This document shows, piece after piece, positions 37,201-50,200 of a stretch of DNA of 64,000 nt. Each line of letters begins with the position of its first letter. Positions within the stretch are counted from its first letter, which is position 1. The stretch spans positions 18,538,995-18,602,994 of the forward strand of contig OZ037765.1 in assembly GCA_964035545.1 (NCBI GenBank), read 5' to 3'. This DNA comes from Bugula neritina (lineage: Eukaryota; Animalia; Bryozoa). A program made the position numbers and the translations under genes. The notes below the pieces were generated by a model. It did no database searches. It was not told where the DNA came from and saw only the letters and a list, made by a program, of their open reading frames with translations.

Positions 37201-40200
37201 TCAAGGTGTCAACATTGTGAGTATCTTTTAAATGACTTGTACATTATACTGTTTCAATTCACAAATACAAAGTCATATCAGAAAAATTGCAAAGCACCAG
37301 TATCTTCAAACATATAGCTAGTGCATGTTGTGCACTTCTGACTCAATAGAGACTAGAAAGCATTTTTAAGTATATGTTTAGATCTTTTTGCCTTTTTAGC
37401 ATATTAAATGTAATATTGTAGTTTTCATCCGGGCGCCCAATGTACATCCACATACAAGCAGCGACTAAGTCAAGACTAGGAGAAATAATTGTTATGCGTG
37501 TTACAATATTCAACAAGTGGACAGAAGCCATGGATATTCTGCTGACCATTGCTGCTTCAGACCTGTACAAGTTTATAGAGGTTGACAGACTCGACTCCCA
37601 GGCCCACGTGCAAGTGAATGGACAGCAGCAGGTGATTTATTGCAGCAGCAACACACATCTTTTTAATTCGCATCGACTAGCAGTACTGAAGAAATTAAAA
37701 AACCCTATGCTTTAGAAAAGAAAAGTAGAAAAACAGTCATTTGCCTGCAAGAATTTTAGATTGCGATTCAAACCAAAGTTTATTAAAAAAATTGAATAAT
37801 TTAGAATACCGAATTTTTTTTAAGAATGTCAAAGGATATAGGTTATTGGGACTTTCACATTGCTGCACCCAAGTGAAACATCGTGCTGATGCATGTGAAG
37901 ACTATTTAATGTGTACTTAGAAATGTTTTGTACCTTGAATAATGAATAACCCAATAGGCAGGTCACTCTAAAACTTGCACATGTTATATAAGTTATAATT
38001 TTAGTTGGTGCAGTAATAGGATTGCATGAATGTAAAAACAATTGGTATGAGAACACTGAAGTCAAGTAGTGATTGTTATGCACTATATGGCTATTAAAAT
38101 TAAGATTGCTACACACATGCAGCAGCCCACACAGAAAAAGAATTCTTGGCATAGTAATAGGTTTATCCATTCTTAATGCAATTTGTGGAAAATGACTATA
38201 GTGGATAAGATAAATATATAACTATCTAATTTTTATCAAAAGTGTAAACATTGTTTTTTAGCTAGTCAAGGTTTTGATGTCGTTTATTATTTAGATATTA
38301 GTGCCTGTTTACGCTGGTGATGTCAGACAGATCTACGTACCCATTGAGCCAGTTGAGACAGGAGTTGTCCCTATCAGGGTGAATGCCATGTGTGTTGTAG
38401 CAGGTCATTCGGTTACCCACACTGTTAATGTAGGGGTAAGTAAGCATCTCTGTAAACACGGCTTATCCTATATAACAGATAACTTAGAGACAAAAATCTT
38501 AGCACCATGAGTTAGCCGGTAGACAAAGAAGTAGACAAACTGTTGACTAAAGTATTAAATATTTTTGATGAAAAACTTTGAGTCATCTTTACTTTCAAGA
38601 ATTTGATCGACTTTAAAGTTAAACTTTTATTAAATTTGTAATAAACATACTGTTGACATCTCACAAGAGATATAGAAGTTAGGGTGACAACTGTTGAGAT
38701 TAGCAGGTAAGATTTTGTTATAAATAAAGTATTATGTAAAGTACTATAATAAGAAAGTTACTAATACTATGTTTACAAGAGATGAAACTAGTATAAGAAA
38801 TGTTTGATGTGAAGGTATTTACAATAATGACGCATTGTGCGATACCATTTATCCATCTGCAGTACCTACAATGAACTTGTAGATAAATTATACATTTTTC
38901 ACAGACGAGTGGAAACTATTATTTTGTTACTTTAATATAGCAGTGTGTGCCCAAACAGCTTAGCAGCAGCTTTTTAAATCTATCAAATACTTTTATATCC
39001 TGTTTACCAGTATGATGCCATTCAAGACCGAAACATCACAAACTATCAAGTCGATCTGCGAGTAGCCAACTCCGAAACTCTACCTGACTTGTGGCTTCCT
39101 GTTTCCGAAGATGCTGAAGCCTATGAGCAGAGATACTTGCAGCACATTCCTGATTCGCCAGAGAGCTTTGTCAGTGTTATTGGTAAGCACGCTGTATAAC
39201 ATACTGGTCACAGTCTATTACTATTTTACTGGCTGCCACTTTCTGTTAAACTTCATTGCTGACTCTACCACCACATGTTACAAACAGTCATGTAGAAGTT
39301 GTGCGTAATTTTGTAAATAATATGTGGTTAATGCATATGATAACATATAAGTTTGGAGTTTTTTAAATCTGCATATTTATTATTGTCTTCATCTATATAA
39401 GATGCGAACTTTGAAAATGTGTTTCTTGTTGTGTAGCAGTTATTGTGAAGCAGAAGTGAGATAATTAAATAACAATGGTCAATATGTTGAAGTTTGACCA
39501 TTGTCATCATCGTATGCTATGCTTATACAGGAGATATTGTGGGCATCTCATACTTCCCATATGCTAAATATGATTTGTCAACAATGACATTGCTGGGTCA
39601 GCCATATGGCAGCGGAGCTGAGGCTGTGTTCAACTTTGCTGTTAAGATTTATACTCTAAGCACACTCAGATCCTTGGGAACACTGTCAAGGTCAAGAGTA
39701 GTTAAGGCAACAGATCAAATTAATTTAGGTAACTCACATGTGCAAAGGGCATATATTAAATATCATCTGAAGGGTGTCCGGTAATAATGGCACAGGTAAT
39801 AATGGCACAAGCAGTAATGGCACAAATGGCAAAGTAGGTAAAAATGGCACATTTTCAATATTAGGGTTTGAAGGGGGGTTGAGAGTTTGAAATAGGGGGC
39901 TTAAGTTGGGAGATAGGGGTTTAAGGATTAGGCAACTGGGTTTCAGGTGGGGGGTTTGGGTTTGGAGTTTGGGAAGATGTAACATCAGTGTGCCATTTTT
40001 ACACACTTTTCTATTTGTGCCATTATTACCTGTGCCATTATTACCTGTGCCATATATTTTTACAATGTCATTTTTACCTGTGCCATTTTTACCTAAAATC
40101 CATATAAAGTGTTGAATGCATTATCAAAAATTGGCTCATTATTTTATCTCATATCTCATATTTGGCTGAGCATATAAAGAAAACTATTGAGTTAGATACT

Positions 40201-43200
40201 TTATTGTCAGCATATGAGATAAAATAATGAATGAATTTGCAACCATTTGGCACTCCATACGTATTATATACGTAGCATCTACACAACCAATCTGTATATG
40301 AATCATAATTTATAACTAGATGTTACTAAAATTGTTTTTAATTTTGCTTCTGTCTAATTTCAATTATTTATAAAAAAAACTGCTGAAAAACTCCTTTTCA
40401 GCAAAGTTTGAATAAATAAATGTGATAAAAAGATATAACTTGCAAACTAATCAAAACAGTTTCATCTCAGATCCCTTTTTATCTGGACTATTAAAGACTA
40501 AAAATTCTAGTTTACACACAGCAATTAAACATGTTATAACCCTGTTTAAAGATATGTGTGTATGTTCATAATAATACCATATAAAGTCTGTATTTATATT
40601 ATTACTATCTATTCGCATAAAAGCTGCAGTGGTACCTATACTGTCAGGTATATCAACTATAATATGTTATTTATCTGATGTAGCAATGCAAGAGATGTAT
40701 GCATACATGAGGAAAGATGGTTCATTTAGAGAGTTTGACTTCAGCCGTAAGTCAAGCACTTGGTAAGTCACACCATATTATTAGCTATCTACAAGTGACT
40801 TGAGGTCTTTAAACTTAAATTTTAATAATATTTAAATCAGCTTAGAATCTTGAGAGCTTTTAAGAGGTGTCACATTTTGCTTTTACAAAGGGTGTCAGCT
40901 ACAGCGCTGCAAGTCATGGCTGAAGCCACAGAAATAAGAGATTTGAGAGACGATTTTCAACTGCCACAAGAAACACTAAATCGGACAGCTAATTGGTTGA
41001 TTAGACAACAGAGCAATGTGACTGGAAGATTCGTTGAGAATGATGCAGTACATTTACGAAGGTTTCAGGTGAGCTGAGAAAATTAAATGTAGTATCAACG
41101 TGCTATTTAATGTTGATTGTTTAAAAATCAATTTTTCATTATTTATAATAAAAATTGCATTATACTTCACATATGTGCATAGCATTATGTAGCATAGTAT
41201 GAACTTGTCATTGTCTAATGTTAACATTTTGCTGGGCTCATAAACCTGGTCTCTTTTTAATGCCTGTACTTTGTACACATGTTTTTAGAGCCATGTAGAT
41301 GTTGAATTAGAAGGTGAAATTGTGCCAGCAAACCTCGCCTTAACTGCACTTTGTGTATACTCTCTGTCCAAGGCCTCAACAGCTACCACCTTAGTGAGTT
41401 AACGCTTGGCAACCTATATCTATATAGTATATCTCAATAATATGTTGAGCAATTGATTGCCAAGATTATATTTGTATGTAGGTTAGAAAATATGTTACTT
41501 ATAGGATAGCAAGGTTGCAAATGGAGTCTCTATTGGGGCCAACTATCTCGCTCAACACTACAAGAAAATAACAGATCCATTCGAGATGGCCATCGTCACA
41601 TATGCTCTTCTGGTGGCAGGGAGAAATAGAGAGATGTCACAGGCAATGCTGAAACTCAAATCTATGCAAAAAAGTGGTATGATTGTTGCAGGGTATATTA
41701 ATAGCTGTCATTAATATTAATATATAAAGATCTAGCAGAGTGAAAATACTCCATAAGTCTAAAATGCAAAGATAATCCATTCAATAAAACAATAGGTGGC
41801 TTTGGAAAACAACTTCTATGTTGTAGCTAGTAGTAGAATGAAATACTGGTCCATAGAGGACGTATCACCAATAGAGTTAGAAGCCAAGACTCAAGACACA
41901 ACAGTGCGATTGTTACCAAAGTCAACATCTCATATTGGAGCTTATACGGTATCTACAACGGCCTATGCCTTATTGGCTTACATTGAACATAGCGAACCAG
42001 ATGAGCTTTTACAACCAATACAAAGATTTCTACAAGAACAGCATATGTGGGTTGGTGGCTTCTCCTCATCACAGGTATGAGTATATAATAAAATTATTTG
42101 AAAAAACATAATAGAATTGATATTTTCACATTATTATCTCACACTTTCCAGTTTCACCTCACTAATTATTACATCAGTTTAAAATAAAAACATTGCACTT
42201 TCTTGGTAGAAAAATGACAGACATAACATGTTACATTGTACCTAACGAGTGAATATGATGACTTTATGTTCTTTGTCCAAGTTGACTTTTATTTGCCCAA
42301 TCTACATTGAAACTTTTTGTAAATTTATTTCTTGAAATTTATAAACCTATGTTATATCGCATAAAAATATTAAGTTAGTCTTACACTGAAGGATTTCACA
42401 AAAAAGCCAGTTTGATTCAACAACTAGCTAGTGTCAATAAGCATATTAATTATCTTGGCATTATAATAAAAAAAGTACAACATCTGCAACTGAACATGTA
42501 ACAAATGGTGAAAGGCGATCTACATCTACATCTACATCCCTGGAGGGTATATTCTAATACATAGCTATGCTTCTCCAGATAGAAAACATTTAGATCTCCT
42601 TAATACAATTCTACCCAGTAGTTAAAACCATTTTAATTTGTGAATTACTTTGAACATCATTTTTTGTGTAGAAGTAGTCCCCTTTTAAGTAGCCAATAGC
42701 TCTTACATTGAATCGAATGGCTGAAAACCTAAACTTATGTATGCATTTGACAAAATACAAGACCTACAAGAATATAAGCCATATACTTTTTAAATTGACT
42801 AAACTTGAATTGTAAAAAGGCGATCGACACCTAAACTGGTCAAGTTGTAATTATAGAATTTTGAGCAACAATATTCGCCTTTGACTTTTCAAACAGTTTT
42901 TTTTTCAGAAGAAGTTGTGCATATCAGATACCTTTGTGTCAAGCAGGACATTGTTTCATTTAATTGACAGATCTACATTGCATATACAATTATAGAAAAT
43001 TGGCTTTAAAATAGTCTAAAACTTTAGAAAATAGTTTTTGATAATTGAAATGTTAGCTGCAAATTAGAAAAATCAGGAAAAGTGGCACATATGTTGAGAT
43101 GGGCAACTGGTTAGCAGATTAAATAAAATGGCTTACATTTGCTTGCCAGTTATTAATCTCTCTGTCATCAATGCTTATGCAGGACACTCTGATTGCTATG

Positions 43201-46200
43201 CAAGCACTAAAAGCTGTGGCGGAGAAAAATCAAGACAGACAGACATATGATATGACCTTTACCTTTAAATCTGACCAGGATTCAACTTGGACAAAAGTTG
43301 TCCACTTGAATCGGGAAAATTGGTTTGAGCTCCAACGATTCCCAGTGAGTATAGAGCTGGTTATTAATAACTTTCTAATTGGCTGATTGTGCTTATTATA
43401 CGTCCAAACTTTACATAGTCTATAAATAACTATTATGTGTTGACATTTACAATCCCCTCCCCCTCAGTGGAAACTTATACTTGCATAATGAAGCCACTGT
43501 AAGAGGCTGACCGAGCTGAACTGGGCTGAACTGAACCAGGCCAGACCAGACTGAGCGGGGCTGAGCTGGGGTGAGGTGGGCTAAGACTTACTATAGACTG
43601 AGCTCTGACTAGTCCAAGTTAGAGAGTTTCAAAAGCCCTCATCATTGTGCTGCCTAAGCTGTTTGCATTCTAAATTCTAAATTGTAGTTTTTCTTTCTGT
43701 TGAATGTTTATAGCCATGTCACCCTAGCTAACTCAGGTAGCATCTAGTCACTCTAGTGCAGGTGAAAGTCATTAAAGATTTTAGGAAAAGGTTTGGGCTC
43801 TAGATGAGAAATATCACTAGAGGAATTATGTTCTCAACAGATTTTTAATCAGAATCAAAATTCATAAAGACATTCCAAAGCCTTAGATTTTCGCAAAACA
43901 TTTTTTGCTACATCAGCTAATTGTGCCTCTGTGGGCTACATAAGAAGTTCTAAAAGAATTCGATTTAGGTTCATGTAAATCTATTCTATTTTCTTTAGAG
44001 AGGCATTATTACCAAAATACAATAATATATCATGTAGTATATTATGTTGTAAGACTACTAACACACTCACATTATTATTCTGAAATCACACAAAGTACCA
44101 CATGAGATGCACACACGCACACACATGCGAGCGCTTACACACAAAATCTTGCTGTACTAAATTATGATATGAAAAAATGTAATTGGTTAATTTAGAACCC
44201 AAACATAGATGGTGAAGATAACTCTATCCTCACTTAATCTGAGACAAAAACAAATAATTGAAACCTAAACAAAATAGTTTTTGTTCATTTCTTTTATCGC
44301 AGAAATTGACTCGTATATAATTATATGTGTGTGCATGCGTGCGTGCGTGCGTGCGTGTGTGCGTGTGTGCGTGTGTGCGTGCTTGCGTTCGTGTGTGTGT
44401 GCGTGTGTGTGCGTGCGTGTGTGTGTGCGTGCGTGCGTGCATGCGTGCGTGCGTGCGTGCGTGCGATATATTACAGCATATATTATGTTTGTAAGGTTAT
44501 AATTATTATTATTTATTCATTTATATCTTGCATACAATATTTTAACAAATAAGTTTTAATGTCTAATTTTAGACACCATCACACTGGGGCAGCATTCAGA
44601 CTACAGTGAAAGGTCATGGCATAGCTTTAGTTCAACTTGAGACCACTCAAAACTTTGACAATGAGGAACAGTTATCACCCCCACCTATTCCAAATATATT
44701 TGATTTAGGAAATTTTAATTACAACATTCAGAGTCGTGGATTTAACCATTCTATAATTGACTATAAGATCTGTCCAAGGTATTTGTTACTTTCATTAAAT
44801 TTAGTAAATGTTTTCGGTTGGTAGAACTATGCTTAGTTTGCTATAAACAGAAAATGCAATATAATAACACTACTTACTAAAAACTAAGCCGTGTTTAGCG
44901 AGTTTTTGTTTTTTACATAAGCATTGAAACTCATGTACAACGAAAAATTTTGATACCATTATAAAAGAAAATTAGAATTTAGCCAAACATGCAGAAGAAA
45001 ACATTTTACTGGACATAGCCAGATTTTCAACTTATAGAAATGAATTTTTTAATTTAGGCATCAAAACCAGCTATAGTGTATTCCACAACCATCAAGATTT
45101 TGAAACAGGCCAAATTTTACGGAACTATAATTGACAAAAGAAACTATTGACAATTTGATTATTGATTATGAACAATGATTATTGATTATTTCTTTGTGAA
45201 AAATAACTTTCAAACTGATTATAACTCATACATCCGACATTCTTAATATCCATTTGATAATGACTGTGCTACCACTGTGCGTGATGCCTGTATACTATAT
45301 ATAATACAATATAGATGGAAGATTATGTATATGACAGATTATGTAACATATGTGTGTTACTACCACAGGTGGAATGGTGTTACAGATAGAAGTGGAATGG
45401 CAGTTCTAGAGGTTGGACTACCCACCGGTTACAGGTTAGGGGTATGGAACCTTCAGAAGTATGTTCTGGCTAATATGGACAAAACTTCAATAAGAGGAGC
45501 TGAATTTAATGGCAAGGATGGCATTGGGATATTCTATTTTGACTATGTGAGTGACTCTTGCTCTAATTGGATCACAATATCACAATATTATATTAACACC
45601 AATACAAGAAGTATTATTTGCATACAAGTGTAACATTTATAAAAAAATGAAAATATATTGAAAACTTGTATTAAATGCTGTTGCCAACATTCAACAGCAG
45701 TTTACTAGTTAATTTGAAAAAATGTTTTATTTTATACAATTAAATAGACATTACAATTAACCTTTTTATTATTTTGTTGACTGCATTTGTAATAAATTTA
45801 CATCGCTCTAATGCATGACTTATACTGATGAAAGTTACCATCTGGTTGGTGCATAGCTTAAATGATATTCCAGAGTGGAAATATTTACCCAATGTTCAAA
45901 TACCATGATATTTACATTAAGTTTTTTACTATTTATTCTGCCATGTTACACCCACCGACATGTTTTACATAAAAAGTCCAGCAATTAGTATACAGGTTTA
46001 ATAAACCCATTATAAAAATTTGCAACACTTTGGATCAGCTGAAATAATTATTTGCTAAAACCTGTATACAATTAAAGCTTAACATTAAAAATAAAAGTAC
46101 ACAGTGGTAATGTATTTAACAACAAGGCTATGTTTATACATTCATAAACTATATATTACATATATCAATGGAATATATATTTTGTTTACAGTTGGACAAC

Positions 46201-46925
46201 ACAACAAACAACTGTGCTGAGTTCACAGCATTCAGGTGGTATCCAGTAGCCAACATGGCCGAGTTGACTCCTATTAAGGTGTACGAGTATTATGAACCAG
46301 GTGAGGAATTATGCAAGTTTATAGTCGCCATCCCTGTGAGAAATCTCTGATGAAAAGGTTTTTTTTCTTAATCAGGCTAATTAGACCTTCTTCAGATAGG
46401 GCACAGGAGCAATTATGACTGGATGCTTTTCTTTATATTATCAATGGCCTTTGTCAGAGTTCGAACCCATGACTTTGTGTTTACTAGGCAAACGCTCTAA
46501 TCCATAGGCCACGGCTGCTCCCTTGAGTAATAATTCAACAAGTAACTTATAATAATTGATATTATTCAACTAAAATTGACCCAAACATAGCATGAGTAGT
46601 GCAGGAACATTTTTCTGAGAGGTAGCGCTGGCTTGGTATCTGCTGGCAGAATTTTTACAGTCTTATAGCTTGTATGTTTTGTTGATGCTTCGACATTGTA
46701 GTGAATACTTTATATCTCATCATGCTATTTTTAATTTATATGTTTGTAGGAAACTACTTCTCCAGTTACTACGAGAAAGTGAACCTGTTAAAACTGACGG
46801 TGTGCTTAGTATGTGGATCATATCAATGTCCATACTGTCCCAACTATAACTCCGTGGCCATGAGCTTGCCCAGCATTTACTTAATATTACTATCAACAGT
46901 TTTCACTTTATTAAGAGTTGTCTGA
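28266..46925 (+). CDS. Macroglobulin complement-related (Mcr)/CD109-like thioester-family protein, paralog 1, ~29 exons, thioester motif lost
   Basis: Signal-peptide exon 28266-28360 ([26 protein letters not shown]), then approximate in-frame exons at 30143, 30790, 31152, 32353, 32779, 33333, 33590, 34087, 34690, 35212, 35770, 36209, 36621 (LDLa-like), 36981, 37422, 38295, 39011, 39531, 40684, 40891, 41289, 41504, 41827, 43183, 44573, 45370, 46192 and 46750-46925. A2M-family motifs: [93 protein letters not shown]. Mcr-type C-terminus [13 protein letters not shown] followed by a hydrophobic end. Confidence 0.92.
39772..40100. mobile_element. Foldback/MITE-like element with inverted 15-bp subterminal repeats and G-rich core
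   Basis: Left arm has repeats of ggtaataatggcaca; right arm has repeats of tgtgccattattacc / tgtgccatttttacc. Centre holds G-runs (ttagggtttg, tagggg, ttagg). Intronic in paralog 1. Confidence 0.75.
40137..40230. repeat. Small inverted repeat
   Basis: tcattattttatctcatat (40137-40155) pairs with atatgagataaaataatga (40212-40230). Confidence 0.6.
44326..44464. repeat. (GT)n/(GCGT)n microsatellite
   Basis: Nearly continuous alternating purine-pyrimidine gtgt/gcgt run; source of several spurious ORFs. Confidence 0.95.
46313..46524 (-). mobile_element. tRNA-derived SINE (family S, copy 3)
   Basis: Reverse complement closely matches 25422-25614 in both head (gggagcagccgtggcctatggattagagcgtttgcctagtaaacac..gggttcgaac) and tail (catcagagatttctcacagggatggcgactataaacttg). 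Confidence 0.88.
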
Positions 46926-47209
46926 ACTTGTGAACTTTGACATCACACAGGAAAATAACTTTTTAAATGTTGTAAGAAATATTATGTTAGACCACAGAAA
47001 TTTCAAATATTATACACAGCATTACAATCAGTGAATCTATTTTGATAGTGCCTTGCACAACAAATTATTATTTTTTCTTCTTGTCTATTTGTACATATCT
47101 ATATTTTAAAATTGTTTTACACAATAACAATTACAAAAAAGAAAGCTGTAATAATTTGCCTACTCCAAAGCAAACAAACACATTACAAAAACACACTACA
47201 AATAAAAAG

Positions 47210-50200
47210 TTACAACCAGCACGTGTATTTCCGAGACATTCTACATATAAACAATTTTTTTCTATAAAAAAACAAAATAAAAAATATAACATTCACAACC
47301 ACAAAGATAATGTAATGATTTTTATAATTGGAATATGATATTCTACTTCGAGGTTTCAATTTCAGCACTTCGACTGCCTCGAGATAATGTTTATGATCAT
47401 TTATCAGATCGGTGTTCAACTTATCCGGAGCGTATTTAAGGTGCAGTGAATACCTCAAGTATGAAGAGAGCGCTGTGGCTGCTACAGCTGTCAGGTGAAA
47501 CATACATCCATCTAAAATACAAACCCTTCAGTCATTATAGTTAATAGTCATCATTCCTGTAAGACCCCTGATGGAAACAGTTTTTTTAAGCAGGTTAAGG
47601 ACTTGTTTTCTATTGTCGCAAAAAAGCAATTATGACTGAATGCCCTTATTAACATCCACAATAACCGTTATTAGGATCAAATCGAACTGATGACCTTGTG
47701 TTTACTAAGCCAGTGCTCTACCACTAGACAGTTAATAAGCAATACAAATGAATGAACATCAATTAGACCAGATCTGCTAAACCTTTGAAAAAACAACTTA
47801 TAACAGAAAAAATGCTATGCTTTGTTTTCAACCACCAGGCACTAGGAAGCTTGAACCTCATACAATACATTCATCATAAAAATATATGCAGATCAAAACA
47901 CATTTCATCATATAGAAAAAGGCACAAGTTTTCTATAAATGCATAACGCCAGGTTGAATGATGCCATTTGAAATGTTCAATTTTATACATTGTGAAACAT
48001 ATGCTTACTGTTGGTTAGAGTCAGCAAATTTAAAGGTTTTAATCCGGTAAAAAACTAATAAATTGTGGACAAACTTAGTAGAAACATAAAAACAAACCTT
48101 TTGCTTCAGCTTCTACTAGTGGTTTTCTTGCTGCTGGAGATCGTTCAGCCGATGTCTAAATCAGATTAAAACATTGAATTTACAACACAATTCAAACAAC
48201 AGAGAGCCAAAGGAACCTATCTATCTATAACTATGAGTCATGAGAAAATATCATTTCATATTATATATATCGGAGCTTACCTTAAGCTTGTAGCAGCCAG
48301 AATCATCCTGTGCTCTGTATATGATAGGCAGATATTCTTCTTTCAGTAGTTCATAGAACCCTATACTTGGACACACAAACACTACAAAAAGAACATACGT
48401 AGTTGTACTAAATGTGTACATTAAATTGGTAAACCTGGCATATTAATCCACCAGTCCCGGTTTTAAGGGTGTGAGGACAACTCTGCCCTACCAGCCTGTG
48501 CCAACAAAACTAACTAGCTATGTGCAATTAATGATAGCTTGATTTGCATAAGTGTAAATTAGATAACCAATTTATTAATTATTTTGGAGTTGCCACCTGC
48601 AACACATAAAAACTGGGAAATATCATAGCCTACACAGCAGAAAGCAATCTCATGCAATCTTGATCATCGAGGTTTCTTCCTATAACAAACAATAATCCGA
48701 AAAATAGCTCAAAATCAGCTTGATTAATATTCCAAGTTATTGATACTTCTAATCGTTTTATATTGGGCATGCTATGAATATTATAAAACTAGATTTAAAA
48801 ATCTTAAATGTGTGTGCAAACAGATGTCCTCCAACACACTCCTATCTAACAACACACAGACCACCTGCCCTACCCTCAACGCACACTGCACTTGAAGAGA
48901 GCTCTGCAATTACTTCTAACACCTATAAATATATAGACCGGAGTGCATATGGTGGTGTTTCATGGTAAATATGAGTAAATAACATTGTCACATTCTAATA
49001 TTACTTGATAACTGGTGATTACCAAGTTGCTAGATTTTTAAACTTTCATATACCTATCCTATAAGATGCTGCAACAGGTTGACATTAATCAATATATCTA
49101 GCAGAGAGACAGGTATTTCGCCATCTCAAAGTAGCTTATAGCTAAAAGAACTCAATACTCCTACAAAATAGAAGGAAACATACGGTGTTCAAAGAAGATG
49201 TCCAACTGGGCTGTATCTACAGAGTACTGTTTGACACCATCTTCATTCTCCTTGACCTCTACCAAACCCTGCACTTCATAGTAGCTGTTGGTACACCATA
49301 TCCTTTGGAACTCAACATTACTGTAGTAGCCCATATCAATGAGCATCTCGTCCCACTTTGCTGCACATTGAGACTATACAAAATAGAGACAGCGCAATAG
49401 TAGCTGAGTAAGGCATACACTGTACTAACAGGTATTTACATAGTGTATATACTGTGCTGCAGCAGTTCATAATAAGCTGTGCAAATTTTACACTTAAAGC
49501 AATTTAACTCAAAGATTGCAGTTAGAAAAAAACATGTGACCTCATTTTCATGACTTTACTTCTATGGCCTATGACCTTACTTCTATATACAATGAAATCC
49601 ATTCTATGACATGACCTTACTAGCATAACCTATGACCTTACTAGCATAACCTATGACCCCACTTTCATGCTCTCGCTTCTATGGTAGCAACTAGCACAAA
49701 TATATAAAAACTGTTGAATGAGAAAAGGAAAGACATAATTTAAAAGATTCGTCACAAAAATTTACAATTAGATACAATTCAACATTTCACTAGACGATAA
49801 TTGAAGTGGTTGCTTACCGATTTCTCAGCCTCGATGCTAAAGAGTAACTGATGTGTTAGAGGGTAGGACTGGAGATTCTGAGTAGTGGCAGCTTTAGCAC
49901 ATGACTTTGACAAGGCGCATTCACTAGCACCTCTTGATCGAATTACATCACCAATACATACATCAGACGTTGCCTCGTCAAACGCTGTACACGATAATTT
50001 ATGACATTAGAATTTTACAATATATGGATACACCGTGTCTTGTATCACCTCAAACCATATCATAATTTGTCAAAAGCTTAAAGTAAATTAAATGCAAGTA
50101 TACACACTTGCTGGTAGAAGGCAATTTAAAATTGGCAAGATTCAATTTTCAAAATTTACCATAACTGATAATTGGCTATTACTACTTTATATAGGTGAGC

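Noticed and set aside
43505-43605. GAGCT/GGGCT pentamers resembling immunoglobulin switch repeats
   Set aside because: Only ~100 bp, intronic in an invertebrate gene; ordinary simple repeat.
44230-44552. His/Thr- and Cys/Val-rich ORFs
   Set aside because: Translations of the GT/GCGT microsatellite.
28266-46925. Complement C3 or thioester-active alpha-2-macroglobulin
   Set aside because: No GCGEQ, and no anaphylatoxin or C345C domain seen; the LDLa module and CGSYQCPYC tail indicate Mcr type.
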